From Eutreptiella sp. 'Long Island Sound 2002' (Eukaryota; Protista; Euglenida), in NCBI GenBank assembly GCA_964036045.1, contig OZ038378.1:8060001-8124000 (forward strand): a stretch of 64,000 bases of DNA. The letters run 5' to 3'. The position numbers and the translations under genes are program-made. Position 1 is the stretch's first letter; the number at the start of each line of letters is the position of its first letter. This document shows positions 1 to 11,744 of this stretch, piece after piece. Below the pieces are notes generated by a model. The model did no database searches. It had not been told where the DNA came from and saw only the letters and a list, made by a program, of their open reading frames with translations.

Positions 1-2299
1 TTGGAGCATTGGTCCGTTATCCACTTTGGAGAAGCAAGCGGTATCTCTCCTCGTTTGTGTGTCTCACTGCAACTGCACACTGGCCTTAGTGAGGAGGACG
101 TCAGCTGGCCACATTGAAATAACCACCTCACCAAATGTCAAATTCGATTTGACTTCAAATTCCAACAGCAGGGCCCATATGACCCATCCCCCCACACCAC
201 CGTGGAAGTGCATTGCATGTGCACAGGAGTATTCCCCCCATGAATTGAAAATGAGCATATCAGCATCAAACACCCATTCCACAACCCCCCTACAAGTAAA
301 TTCTTGTTACATGGCCGATAAAAATACAATTCAGCAATCTACAGCCCTGAAAAGGCAGGGTTCAAGGCTACACAGTTGCACTTTCACACATGAAGTATAG
401 GAATGACCCAGTTCCTTTCTTAGGGCAAGTTGCTGCACTGTCTGCGCAGTGCGAGCGCACTCATGGGCACTGTGTGCGGTGCCGACACAATGAAACCTAG
501 CCAAGGAGGAAGGAAGGAAACCCCCCCAGCATTTATGCACACGTCACAAGGGTCTTCATATCCTTGGTAATTGGTGGCCGTGGCCAAGTACAATCTGTTG
601 TTGCGTGAGTGTGTTGGAAGATGGCGGCAATCTTTTGGGGACATAAGCATTCTGCCTTGACCCGATTGAGACCCACCCAACTTGTAGCAATATGAAGCAC
701 AATGTGGGCCGTTACTAATAAGCCATGCTACTGATTCGCGATGATCCGAGAGTGCGGATGGTGGGTTCAAGTGCTAGCTCATACAGAGAATCCACAAAGA
801 CATTGTTTCCTAGAGATAGCAAGGCAATGACCATGAAGGTTGAAATGTGCTTTGGAATGTGTAACAACCCACCTGCCAATTTGTTGCATTGTGAATGTAC
901 AAGACGTCCGGGGATTCACCATCATCATAATCCAGCATCCACCCTATGACACCTAAAACAAAGAACGTGCAACAAAACCGGGGGGAAATGGGCTAAAATG
1001 GCTGAAAATAGGTGAAAATGGGTGGCAGTTCACATGTGCCACATCCTCAATGCACAAGAAGCGTAAAAAAAATCTGTTATGGAACAACCAACTGGTGAAA
1101 AAAAGGCCAAAACTAGGGTTCAAGTAGTTGCCGGCATACGAAAGTTTGCACTGCGGGCGCACTGCGTGCACGGCATTCCCTTATGAGAGCCCCCTTCTTT
1201 CCTTTGAGTGTAGATGATACCATGCCTGTGGTGACAAGAATCCTTTGTACTCACATCCAATGAAGATTTCCTAGGGAAAATGATAGGTGCATGGTAGGTG
1301 CTTGATAGATACATCATGGATGATGCATGCCAGGTAGGTATATGGCAATCACATATGGTGCGGCCCTCATGCAGCACCAAGTTCTTCAAATCTACAATAC
1401 ACCCAAGACACCAATAGCATTCCATTTTGCACCCCAACAAAAAAGGACCACAAAATGCATGGTTTCCAAATGGTGGAGAAAGTGTCTCCAGATTTGTGTC
1501 ACTTCTTACTGCTCTGTCCATTTCCTGCTTGTTGGTGTGGCCGTTGCTTGAATAGAATGTTGCAAGGTTCCACAGCTGGCCCCAACCCAACAGTGTTTGT
1601 CCTTTCACTGATCTGAAGCCAATGAAATGATGTGAGGGCTCAGAAATCGACAAAACAAAAAGCCACCAAAACTCACAATGCACTGATCCCCCTGTTTGCG
1701 CTCAATCGAAAAATCCCATCTTCACTTCTTGAATCTCAGGGTCAGGGTTACGTACCTTGCCCCCCCCCAACCCTGTTCTGTGCAACACTCCATCCCCCCG
1801 TGCGCCCGGTAGGGGAAACGGTCATGAAATGACGCCGCCCCCGCCTTCCCTGAGGAAGGGAATGAAGCAATGGATACTGAGCTCCCAAATGCCCCGGTGA
1901 CACATGGGCAACGTAGCGTGGGGTTGAACCACAAAAAAAAAAAAGAAACTCCATCGAAATGCATGCAAGAAAGCACGTGTAGTGTATTGATCGATGGTTC
2001 ATTGTACACTGGCCTTGTCTGCAGGCACTGTACAGTAGGCGGAGGTCACATGGCAAATCGTCACCTGTCAGCAGGTGGTCTTGGGTATTCGTGCCACAGC
2101 CTGGGGTCTGTGGTCTGAGGGAGAACTGTAGTCTTGGAAAGCGCTGGTCAGGTGCGTTCAGTGGACCTCAATCATTCCTGCTCCAGGATGGCATCACAGA
2201 TCCTGGGAGGTTCACACTTCGCAGTGTGCTCATTAAACTCCTCCCTGTGGTGACATTGACGGTCCTCCCGAGCACTGGGCGGTAACAGGGGGGGGGGGG

Positions 2300-3720
2300 G
2301 GGTTGGCATGACACCCGTTTGTGTTGCTGTCTGTGGCTGGCAGCGCCTATTGGCCTCTCGCCACTTACCCCTGCCCTTCCCTTGAACCCTTTCCCTCCAT
2401 AGGCGGCGCCACCCGTCAGCCTCTCACCACCTTGTGCCCTCCCTCACCCTGCCTGGCCTATCCTTACCTCCCTACTTGCCCTTCCTTTCCCTTGGTAGGT
2501 GGTGCCAACGGAGCCCCCAGAGTGTCCCTGTTTCGCTGCTCTGTGTCAGGTCCACACAAAGGAGGGCCACTGGCCAGGTGCATCCAAGTGGACACCCCAT
2601 ACCGGCGGTGGGGACCCCTCCCCAACGGCGGCTTTTGGGCCCCAGGATGTCCACTTGCGGGGTCGCTTCCCTGGTCGGGGCACATATAAACCTTCCGCCT
2701 GTCCGTTCCCGCGCTCAGTCGTCCTTGTGGCGAGCGCATCATGTGCCCCACCCCACCCCCCACTTGTGTCCATGGTGTGTGTATTGTGTGTCCATTCCCT
2801 CGCTTGGCATGGGTGCCACCCAGGGTGGTAGGTGGGGGGTGCTACGGGAGGTCCAAGCGCCTCCATAAACCAGACACCTGGTGCTGGCGATACGCCGGTG
2901 CCATCTTGCCCTTGTGGCTGAGCCCCCCCCCCCCCCCCACAAACGCTTTTGTGCCCCCACGAACAATGCGCAAGCGTTTGCTGGTCCCATCACTTGCATA
3001 ACGAAGCAGGTCCGGAAAACAATCAAGTTTGTCTCCAAACCCCGGGGTTCAACAGTCCTAACACGATACATTTGCCCATAAGCACAGACAACCCACACCA
3101 CCCAGGCGGAAGGCGGGAGAGTATGGGGCAGGTGTAGGGGGTTACAGGTGAGGAAGTAGGAAGTGGAGGCCTAGAAGCGGGAGGTATGAGGCAAGAGAGA
3201 ACAAGTTAAGGGTTAGGGGCTCTGGCAAAGGGGTCCAGAAGTTAGGCAGGTCCCTGGCTGAGAGGTTGCAAAAACTTCAGCTGCACGACAAAGCGTCTCA
3301 GAGGATGAGGCCCTGAACAGTCACCCCTTGTGCTCATGGGATCCATCCATGTGCTGGTTTCGGATAGCGATTGAGGCTTTCCCTTCTGTGGGTCCAACAC
3401 CTCATCCCCTGGGTGGGCTACATCACGTGTTGACGTCATGGGTGGTTCCCACAGCAGCTGCCTGCTCTGCAGGATCCCCACTAGCAGCAATGGTGCCAAA
3501 TGGCGGGCCCTCACAAGGGTCATCAGGCACGCACTGCCGGGGCCTGTGGGGCACTCAGCCCCTCCCAACCCCTGGGGGAATGTTTACCCGGCGCGCGCCT
3601 GGCGCATGCCTGGCGCGCTACCTTTGTATTAAGTACCCCATCTCTAGCCCCAAGTTCATCCCCACTTAGAGAAGTCCCCCAAGTAGACCACACTAGACCG
3701 CAAACCACCGGCAGATCATG
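2300..3720. mobile_element. Degenerate retroelement-like remnant
   Basis: Broken ORFs with sequence resembling the degenerate stretches near 23 kb and 37-38 kb. No intact domain; similarity judged by eye only. Confidence 0.3.
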
Positions 3721-6700
3721 ACCACAAATACACCCGATGTGTGTCCCCAACGGAAAAGTGGATTCCATCATCCCATGCAAAAACGTTGCGCTAATGCTTG
3801 CGCAATGCAGGGGGGCTGGGGGGTTGCCATAAAGGCGGCGGCATGGGGGCTACAGGAGCTCAGCTCGACTGCACGTCAGCGTTCCACGGGCGCTCTGAAG
3901 CCTACCGCCCCCCATCCACGGCACCCGCGGGCACTCAGCTGAACCGCCCCACCCCTTCCCACCCCCATCTACGCACGTCGCTGGGCCAGGCCAGGGTTGT
4001 CCATCCCATTTGGGGTCGTGATTTCATGCAGTTACAGGTACCATCTGCAGACCTTTTGTGCTTTTTAGGCGGTGCCGGGTTAAAGAAGTGGTGCAAGTGG
4101 TATTGTCCACCTGTTGTGGGGCGAGTGGTCCCGTGATCCATCTACCCTCGCCCCCCCATGTCCATAAACCCCCCCCCCCCCCCGGCGTACGACGGTACCA
4201 CCCCACCCCGGGGATCAATGGTCGGTGCTGATCGACTGAATGTCCCCGCCATAGACACTTTCAGCCATTAGTCCACCCCACCCCGGGGGGGGGGGGGGCG
4301 GTCGCCAAATGACCCCCCCCCCTCCCTGGAGGGATTTATACCACTGCAGTCAGAACAAAGGGGGTGCACATGAGCTCTGACAACGACGTCCCACAGTTGC
4401 GCGGTCCTGTACAATATGACATTGATGTGTTTTGTTGGGAACTAGCCGGTGACGCCACCCCCCCCACCCCCCTTGGGGGGATGGACTTGGGGGGGCGGGG
4501 GGTGACCACAGTTCTGCAGCACGACTGTATTTCAAGAGGTGCTGGATAAGCACTACAGCAATTGCACCGACCAGGTCTCAAAGAGATGCACCCCCGGCAG
4601 TTTGGCGGTCTCCGCCAAACCTGCCCCAAGTACGGCAGGCAGGACCCAGCAGGTCCCAACAATCCATCTCACTCAGACCACAAGAAGGAAGCAAATTCAA
4701 CCATTCACTTCAAGTAGAATCATTTCCCCAGCGCCCCCCCCCCCTGGGGCCCAGCCCCCTGGGGCGATTCAATGGGGATTGCGCAGGTACAGGAAAAACT
4801 GCTCTTTGCCATGTTGCCATTACAGCCCCAACAATGACACGGCTGCCCTGTGGCTACCATCCGTTACACTTGTGCCACCGCTGCTGTGGATGGCGTGACA
4901 CAGGGCCAACGGGTTGCAGATCACCAAATGTTCCCCATCGGTGGTGCCGGGGGAGGGGGGGGAGAAACAGTGCTTCTGCATGGACGGAGGTGGCACTCCC
5001 CTTTGCGATCAACCTGAACAACCTGCGCCCGATAATCCGATTCCACCTGCCCAACACGGATACGGCACGCTCCATAGAAATTGCGGCACCTGTTCCTGAT
5101 CGTTTGCAATTGTTTGCCCGCATCGATGCCGTCTCCTCCAGAGCGTCAGGACTTATAACACAGAAAGCAAAACAAACCCACCAGCAGAGGCACGTAGGCT
5201 TTACCTCCAACACGTGGCCCCATCTGACGATAGACCGCCGTGCCTTCGAGAAATTCAGGTGCCAGAGCTGGGATCCCGTGTGCAATGCCCTGGCCATTCA
5301 TCCGCATGCTTTGACCCCAGAACATGTCCCAAAATAGGCCAGATACTACTCACCCTACCAGCCCAAAGACCACGTGCACAGCTACACGGACTCAAAATCC
5401 ATCAGAGGTGACAAATGGGGAAAGCTCAACGACTTGGGCGCTCACAGACTCCCCATTGGGCCGCTCGTAAAAGGCAGAACTCTCGTTCGTACACATCATG
5501 AGTGGTCTGAGATGATCAAAAGAACGCCGACTGACCAACACAGACACGCAGAGCAGGAAAATTGGGCGGAACCTGGGGTAAACGAAAGGAGATTTTGCTC
5601 GACGCGCCCAGCGGACTAACATGCCGCTACAGAGGGCAGCAGTGCCCAGTACCAGCTCGCAGGCAGTGGGCACCGATGTGACGAGGGGACAGCACGGAAG
5701 GCGCGGTACACGCACACGCAGATGGGAATGCATCCACCAAAACTCGGCAAGAAGCTGGAGCAACCCAGCCACAGACCGTGGGGCAACGGGCAGTGCCAGA
5801 TGACAATCCAAAGGATGCTTGGGGTGCTTTGATCGGGGTCCTTGCAGGGGGCAGAGGGTTCCCCCCAGCCTCTTCCCATGCAATGGATGGCGAAAAACTT
5901 TCTGCAGAAACACTGATGCAATGGAATCTCTCATTGAAAAGGGCTGTACATTGGGGTGGTCGAGGGAGGGGAAAGTCCCTTGTCTTGTGGCACTCGCCAT
6001 TCCGATCATTTCCTGTTGAACAGCAAATGGCACAAAGAGGCGAAAGCGCGTGCCTCAACGCCTGCAACAGCGGATCCGTCGAGGCAAGTGTGCAGGAAAA
6101 CGTGCAAGAATCATGAATGCCTACCCCACCCGTCAGAGCATTAGGAGAATGCCAGAATGCATGCAGACGTGCGAAACAGGGAAGTCTTTGAGGAAGCATT
6201 CGGGGAGGGCAAGTATCCTTGCAACTCTGGAATGGGAGGGAGGTGGTGAAAACAGGCCTAAAATTAACGGGATGGAGAAGGTGACGTCTACGTCGACTAA
6301 GTCATCAGCACCTCCAGGTGCAAGAGCACAGCGTTGCACCTGAGGCGCATGGTTGAATAAACAGATGCACAGCTGCCCGGCGCACCCACGCCCCTATGAG
6401 TGAGGGATCTGGGATAAGTAGACACAAATAGAAGCATGTGTACGTAGCCTGGCGAATGTCCCCGAAGCACATGGCCTTGGCGTAACCACCAAGGGACTGT
6501 GCACCGAGGCATCGGATGCACGTGCCGCGCGGCGTCGCGGTCCACGGCCTCGAGGAGTGGAATGAGCCCTCAAAGACCCAGCGGTCCCCGATTGCGGTAC
6601 AGAACTTGGGTTCAGAGACCACGCTGGCCCCAATCTACCGCCCTCGCGGCGTGCGACCTGCACAATGAACTCAATCTTCAGGTTATTGTGGTCGCAAGCC

Positions 6701-6865
6701 ACCGCATCACGAGGAAATGCAAAAGGGCTGGTTTGAAAGATGGACTGGGAAGAAATCAATGCGGTATCGTCAGGGGGTTGGCACAGAGCGGGTTCGGCGT
6801 CAACATGCGCCTGACCAAGGTTGCCCCAAACCACCATGGACGGGCGTGTCAATTAGTGTGCATGG

Positions 6866-9059
6866 TCACCAAATTCCTAAAAACTTCGCAGCCTCTTCCC
6901 GACAAGCCCACCACCTCAAGAAATCAGTCAATTGCATCGGGTCCGGGTACACCTCACGGGTCATCAAATACATCGTTGCGGGCGCGTCTGCGGTCCCCAA
7001 ATACCGCGACATTGCGGGGAGCCTACTTTGAGGCAAGCCACCAACGGATCCTTGGCTCTCGAAAGCGAACAAAACCCGTAGTTGCAAATGTGTAGCCGTA
7101 TCCCAAAGGCCCGGCACATCGAGCTTGTCAAGGGCACTTCTTTCTCGCTCCACCAAACGCGCCACTTGTGCCACCACTTTTTCCTGCTTCATCTTGAAGA
7201 GGATGGTGGAATACCCGATAATACTAGGGGCAGAAGGGACACAACCGCCTGAGCTAGAGGCATCGTTTTTAAACAAATTTTGGACTTTTCCGGAGTAGAA
7301 ATTGGCGGCCAGGGTCACCACCTTCGTTGTGTTATGTTGAACCTTCGACCACCATTTTATTAGTTCACTAAACATTACCTTGCCCTCGGGATCGGCTTCC
7401 ATCTCCATGATCACACCCTTGATCGCCTTATCAGTCAGATTTGCATCGCATTTTTTCAGGAGCCGCTTGACTTCATCGCGGTCAAGTTTCCCATCAAGAT
7501 CCTCATCTAAGCACAAAAAGGCATCCCAAAGCATCACTTGCGATTGGTCTTGGAGCTCTCGGTGAATCAATTCGTACAAACTTAGCAGCGTGGATTTTGT
7601 GGAAACCCCTCGAATTCTAATATCTTCCGCATCTATGGGCCGTGGCGACAGGCGCTCGTCGGTACGGCTAGGGCTCGGGCTAGGGCCACGGGACCCCCGG
7701 CCACTACCGGTTTCACTCAACATGGAGGCCAGCGATCCCGGAACGGACAGTCTCGAACCGTCCACTGTCGGTGACCTCGGACGCTCTACGATGCCGGGGT
7801 TTTGTGGCCCGCTCGCTTGCGCTGTGCCACTTGCACTAGCAATCACCGTCTCCTTTTTGTCGAACGAGAACACCCTTAGCACACGGTGCTCGAAATGAGT
7901 ACACACTGATAATACTCGCTCTAAGATCCGTTGCAAATGCTCAAGTACCCCATCCGGGGTATTCGCATATCGCATCATGTAGCCTATGGCCACTCCGATT
8001 GACACCAATACAATTTCGCGCATCAACGGGCTTAAAAGAGCAAGCATGACACCACCGGCCATTAGGCTAAAACCGGACAACGGCAAATGCGACTTGAGCG
8101 GTGCTTGGATTGGTGAGGCGGACCGAACCGCAAATCTTGGCTGCAAAGCTGCGGGTAAGCCGCTCGTGCCACCGAAAAATTCCTTGATGATGTCGCCCAA
8201 CCGATTTTCGGAGCCTTGCGTCGCAGTCAATTCCACGCTGCATTGATACCTTTCTTCCACGTCAGCGGCGGTGACGAAGTCTAATTTTTGCCCCAAAACA
8301 CGAAATGCCGCAGACAAGGCCATGTGTGACACGCGGCCCCAAGATGGGGTCGGAATGACCTCAACACTGTTGAATGTCCCTGGAAATGATTGGCCCACTA
8401 CTTGCCCGAACAGTTTGATTTGTGTGGCCATCCCCTCAAGACTAAACGCTGCATCAGATTCGGTGGGCGCTTCCCTAACATCGGCGATACAAATTGAAGT
8501 CGTCCCTTCCCCGCACAAAAGTTCCGTTTGGAAGGTGAGGTAATACATTATCAGGAGAATCATGTCATACTGTAGCTCGGGAGGAATGGCGTCGACGTAA
8601 TGCTTGCGAGTGCAATACAGCATCATTCGTTGCAAATGGTCCAAATGAAACACCTTGAAAAACCCTACGAATGAAGCAGCGGTACAGGACCGAAAGAGCT
8701 ACCATACAAGCGCGAAGGCGGTCCCCATTCACTTCCCCGGATGCAAGCAGCGTGGCCGTTGAAAAGATCCCCCCTTTGCAAGACTTGTTTCGCACATCCA
8801 CATTGAGCACAATACAACCTTGTGTCATACCTTTGTTCAATTCATTCACCACTTTGTTGAGGAGTTTAGGGGTCGACAAGATCAAAGTGAACCGCGCTTC
8901 ATTCTTGTTTTGGGAGTTAATGTTCTTCAGCACCTCGGTTTTGTCAGCACTAGATCGCCAACCCTTACTATTATCGATCCAACGCTCCAATTGGTAATCT
9001 CGATACTTCCGGTTTTGCTCGCTGTTTAGACATGCTCGGATGTCTTGAAGCGAACACAT
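6866..9059 (-). CDS. CRAL-TRIO (Sec14-like) domain + hydrophobic segment + EF-hand protein, about 719 aa; probably 2 exons (9059-8733, 8698-6866)
   Basis: The 595-aa ORF 6866-8653 extends upstream in frame to 8698, where a TAG (AG acceptor) sits. A 34-nt GT..AG segment (8732-8699) joins it in frame to ORF 8565-9059. The segment FHLDHLQRMMLYC...SICIADVRE...VGQSFPGTFNSVEVIPTPSW...LGQKLDFV follows the CRAL-TRIO pattern. DAFLCLDEDLDGKLDRDEVKRLL and MEMEADPEGKVMFSELIKWW are EF-hands. A hydrophobic stretch LMAGGVMLALLSPLMREIVLVSIGVAIGYM lies between the two domains. Confidence 0.6.
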
Positions 9060-10389
9060 GTGAAAGATCTAATATGGGTGATGCATGTGCCATATGTTGA
9101 AAGTTTTATGTCATTTCGAGGGAGAACATCTCACAACACACACATTCACGTGAGGGTATATGCACATTGCGCAAAACGACGGCTTGCAAAATGCTCACAC
9201 TTGCAACTTGGTCCAAAATAAATGAAATGAGAGTCAAGATGTTATCGAGCGGCGATGCGGCACGCACAGGTAGGCGGCCTCGCCTATGCGGAATCGTGTC
9301 TCACCACGCAAGGTTGGTGGGATGGATTCGCCAAGGTCCCGATGGTCAAACGATTGAAATGGCAAGTCCTCGCGGCAAATTTGTTGTTCCGTTTTAAAAC
9401 CGACGGCTTGCTAACACTTTTTAAAATCGATGATCGGAATGTAAATCTGATCAATTTGCATCAATCGTAAATGGGAAACTCTACTTGCGAACCGCGGGCT
9501 TCAATGGATCCATGGTGCCCCCAGTAAGCCCAATCCATAGGTGAGGTGGGGAATTGTGAAACCGTCGGATCGTGCAACAATGTATATTCAAAGTTTGGGG
9601 AATATCTCATAGGAGTTACGGGTGTCAAGGTTCACTCGATTCTCAAGACCCTAGTGAGAGCAGATACCACGATGGTGTGGGATGCTAGGTAGAAATGGAT
9701 ATTGAAACTCACCCCCACACCAACGTCATGCCAAACCCCCACACCGCGGCGGAACGCCACTGGGGTTGGACCCCCCCACCAAGGCGGAACAAGGGAAACG
9801 TAAGCATATTGCTTCAAACATGGAAAGCAAAAGTGAGTGCAAAGTGGAACACGTAGAATGCTTAGAGGGTCCAAGTTGCGCGGAATCAGGAAATGAATCC
9901 TTTGGGGTGTCGAAGTTAAACATAAAATAAAACACCTCCCAATAACAATGACGGGATTCGGGGGTTGGGACGGCACACAACGGTAACATGGGGACCGCCC
10001 CGACTTGAACCGAAGACAATGAGTAGAGGTGCTACAGGGCCGCGCGGCTTTTAGGTGCGGCCGTCGGAGGGGATCCGGTGGTGGAAAAGCTGGAAATGGG
10101 CCAATCGGCCCTGTTTGAACCGATAGTACTGGCCTGAGCCTCATTCTTAATCGATTTTTATGCTGGATTGACTTTTGAACGAGATTCTGGGACAGATTTT
10201 CCCCGGTTTTCGGTCTAATGAAGTGAAACACCCAAATCCAGCACAGATGCCAAGAATTTTTTTTCATGAACGACATTTTATTACAATGACAATTACGCTC
10301 ATGTATTTAGATTTATGGCCACTGAGCTGAAACAGAAGCGATGCCACCTTTCCGAGAAGGAAGTGCGTAGCGCGTCATGGCGCAGTGTG

Positions 10390-11744
10390 TCAGAATGTCA
10401 GAATCCATTCTGCACCATTTCTTAATGTTGACATCCCCCCAAAAGTTGTTACTACCTTTTCATAAAGCGTGTTTTCTTGTTTCGTCTTGTTGGAGGGAGT
10501 ATGGGTATTTCCTAACAAGTGCTTTTTTTTGTTTTTTTTGCTTTTTTGCCTCACCGAGGTCGCATGACCGTCCCCAATGCAATTTGCACCACAAAAGTAT
10601 CTTTCCCTTCCACATTGTATACATATGTAGTGCATGAGGCACCATTTTACACTTGTTTTAGGCTTGAAGATGCGTTCCGGAGGGACTTTTTGCCCCCAAA
10701 ATGAGCATGATTTGGCCCGTCCACACTTTGGTGGACGGGCCAAGCAAAAAAAAGCTGTAGCAGGCCTCTCTATATCAAAGGAAAGTGCTCCCACCCTCCC
10801 TTTGTTGGTGATGTCACGGTTTCCATTTTCGTTAGAAACCTCTAGCACCTCTACAATGAGGTCATGTGCACCAAATTGTGATGCTTTTCTCACAGCCAGG
10901 GGGACACAAATGGGCGAAATAACAATTTCAATCAATCACCGTTCCAATTAGAGGGGGGGTTTCGGCCTGGTCAAGTCGAGGAACTTTTGGCCAGGAGTCA
11001 GCCAGGAGGGCGAGCCGCAACGTAACGCTTGGAACGTGCGACAAACCTGGCCCTGTACGGCGAATCCTACCAGGTATACAGTAGAGCCCGCATCATACTC
11101 TAGTGTCCCCAATAAGACAAGACCGGTGACTGATGGGTTTTCGGAGGCCTTGCACGCGCACCTCATGTTGGCAACCGGGTTCGTAATAAGAGACCGGGTT
11201 GTCACCGAAGGAGAGACGAGCAACCAAGCATGCAATGCATGAGCAACAACACAAGAAATAGCGATTCGTGAAACTACATCAACCTCGGCCACTTGGCGGA
11301 GTTCTCATCTTGCACGGGACCTTGGGAAAATATAGCAAACACATCCGGAGGCAATATGAATCCGGGAGGAAGCGGAGGCAACTCCGGCAAGGGAGAGAAG
11401 TGGTGATTGATAGGTGCCATGGAACCCATAGCCCGGGGCTTGGGCTTGCCTCTACCAAGTCTAGGACTTGGCTTTGGTTTTGGCTTTGGGGCCGCATTGG
11501 CGGGGGGTCAGGCAATATCACTTGAGCTTGAGGAAGCAACATCTTGTGATGCTTGTGCATTCACTAGAGTGAACGCGTCCTCCTTGGCGCGCTCATACTT
11601 TATAAGCCTCGCCAGATTGATCTGGCGATCGCTCAGCGCAGCGCAAGTTTTTTGCGCCAGCATTCGTTCTGCGCCATCGTTTGTTCCTTGGTTGCGCTGC
11701 CGATGGTTCGTTCGTTCGTTCATTGGCTTTAAGACTGAGTGCAC
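10390..11744 (-). pseudogene. Coding-like minus-strand region interrupted by stops; unidentified pseudogene or TE-derived ORF
   Basis: The frame of ORF 11508-11744 continues past a TGA into PPANAAPKPKPKPSPRLGRGKPKPRAMGSMAPINHHFSPLPELPPLPPGFILPPDVFAIF. ORFs 10948-11292 and 10390-10935 are in the same frame, separated by two stops. No family was recognised. Confidence 0.25.

Noticed and set aside
1-1700. Cys-containing minus-strand ORFs, possibly a KDZ/CxC transposase remnant
   Set aside because: No conserved CxC or DDE motif could be aligned; the frames are fragmented.
3505-3530. Hammerhead ribozyme core (CTGATGA + hairpin) on the minus strand
   Set aside because: The stem is followed by CCCG rather than the required GAAA. 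Other CTGATGA sites (20703, 32341) also lack the core geometry.
4834-6343. Near-continuous plus-strand frame with a YTDS motif, possibly RNase H or a TE protein
   Set aside because: Only one short motif; the other catalytic residues and family context could not be recognised.
5337-11510. Stop-codon reassignment suggested by isolated in-frame stops in coding-like frames
   Set aside because: The intact genes have no internal stops and end at TGA or TAG, and the interrupting stops are of all three types, which fits pseudogene decay.
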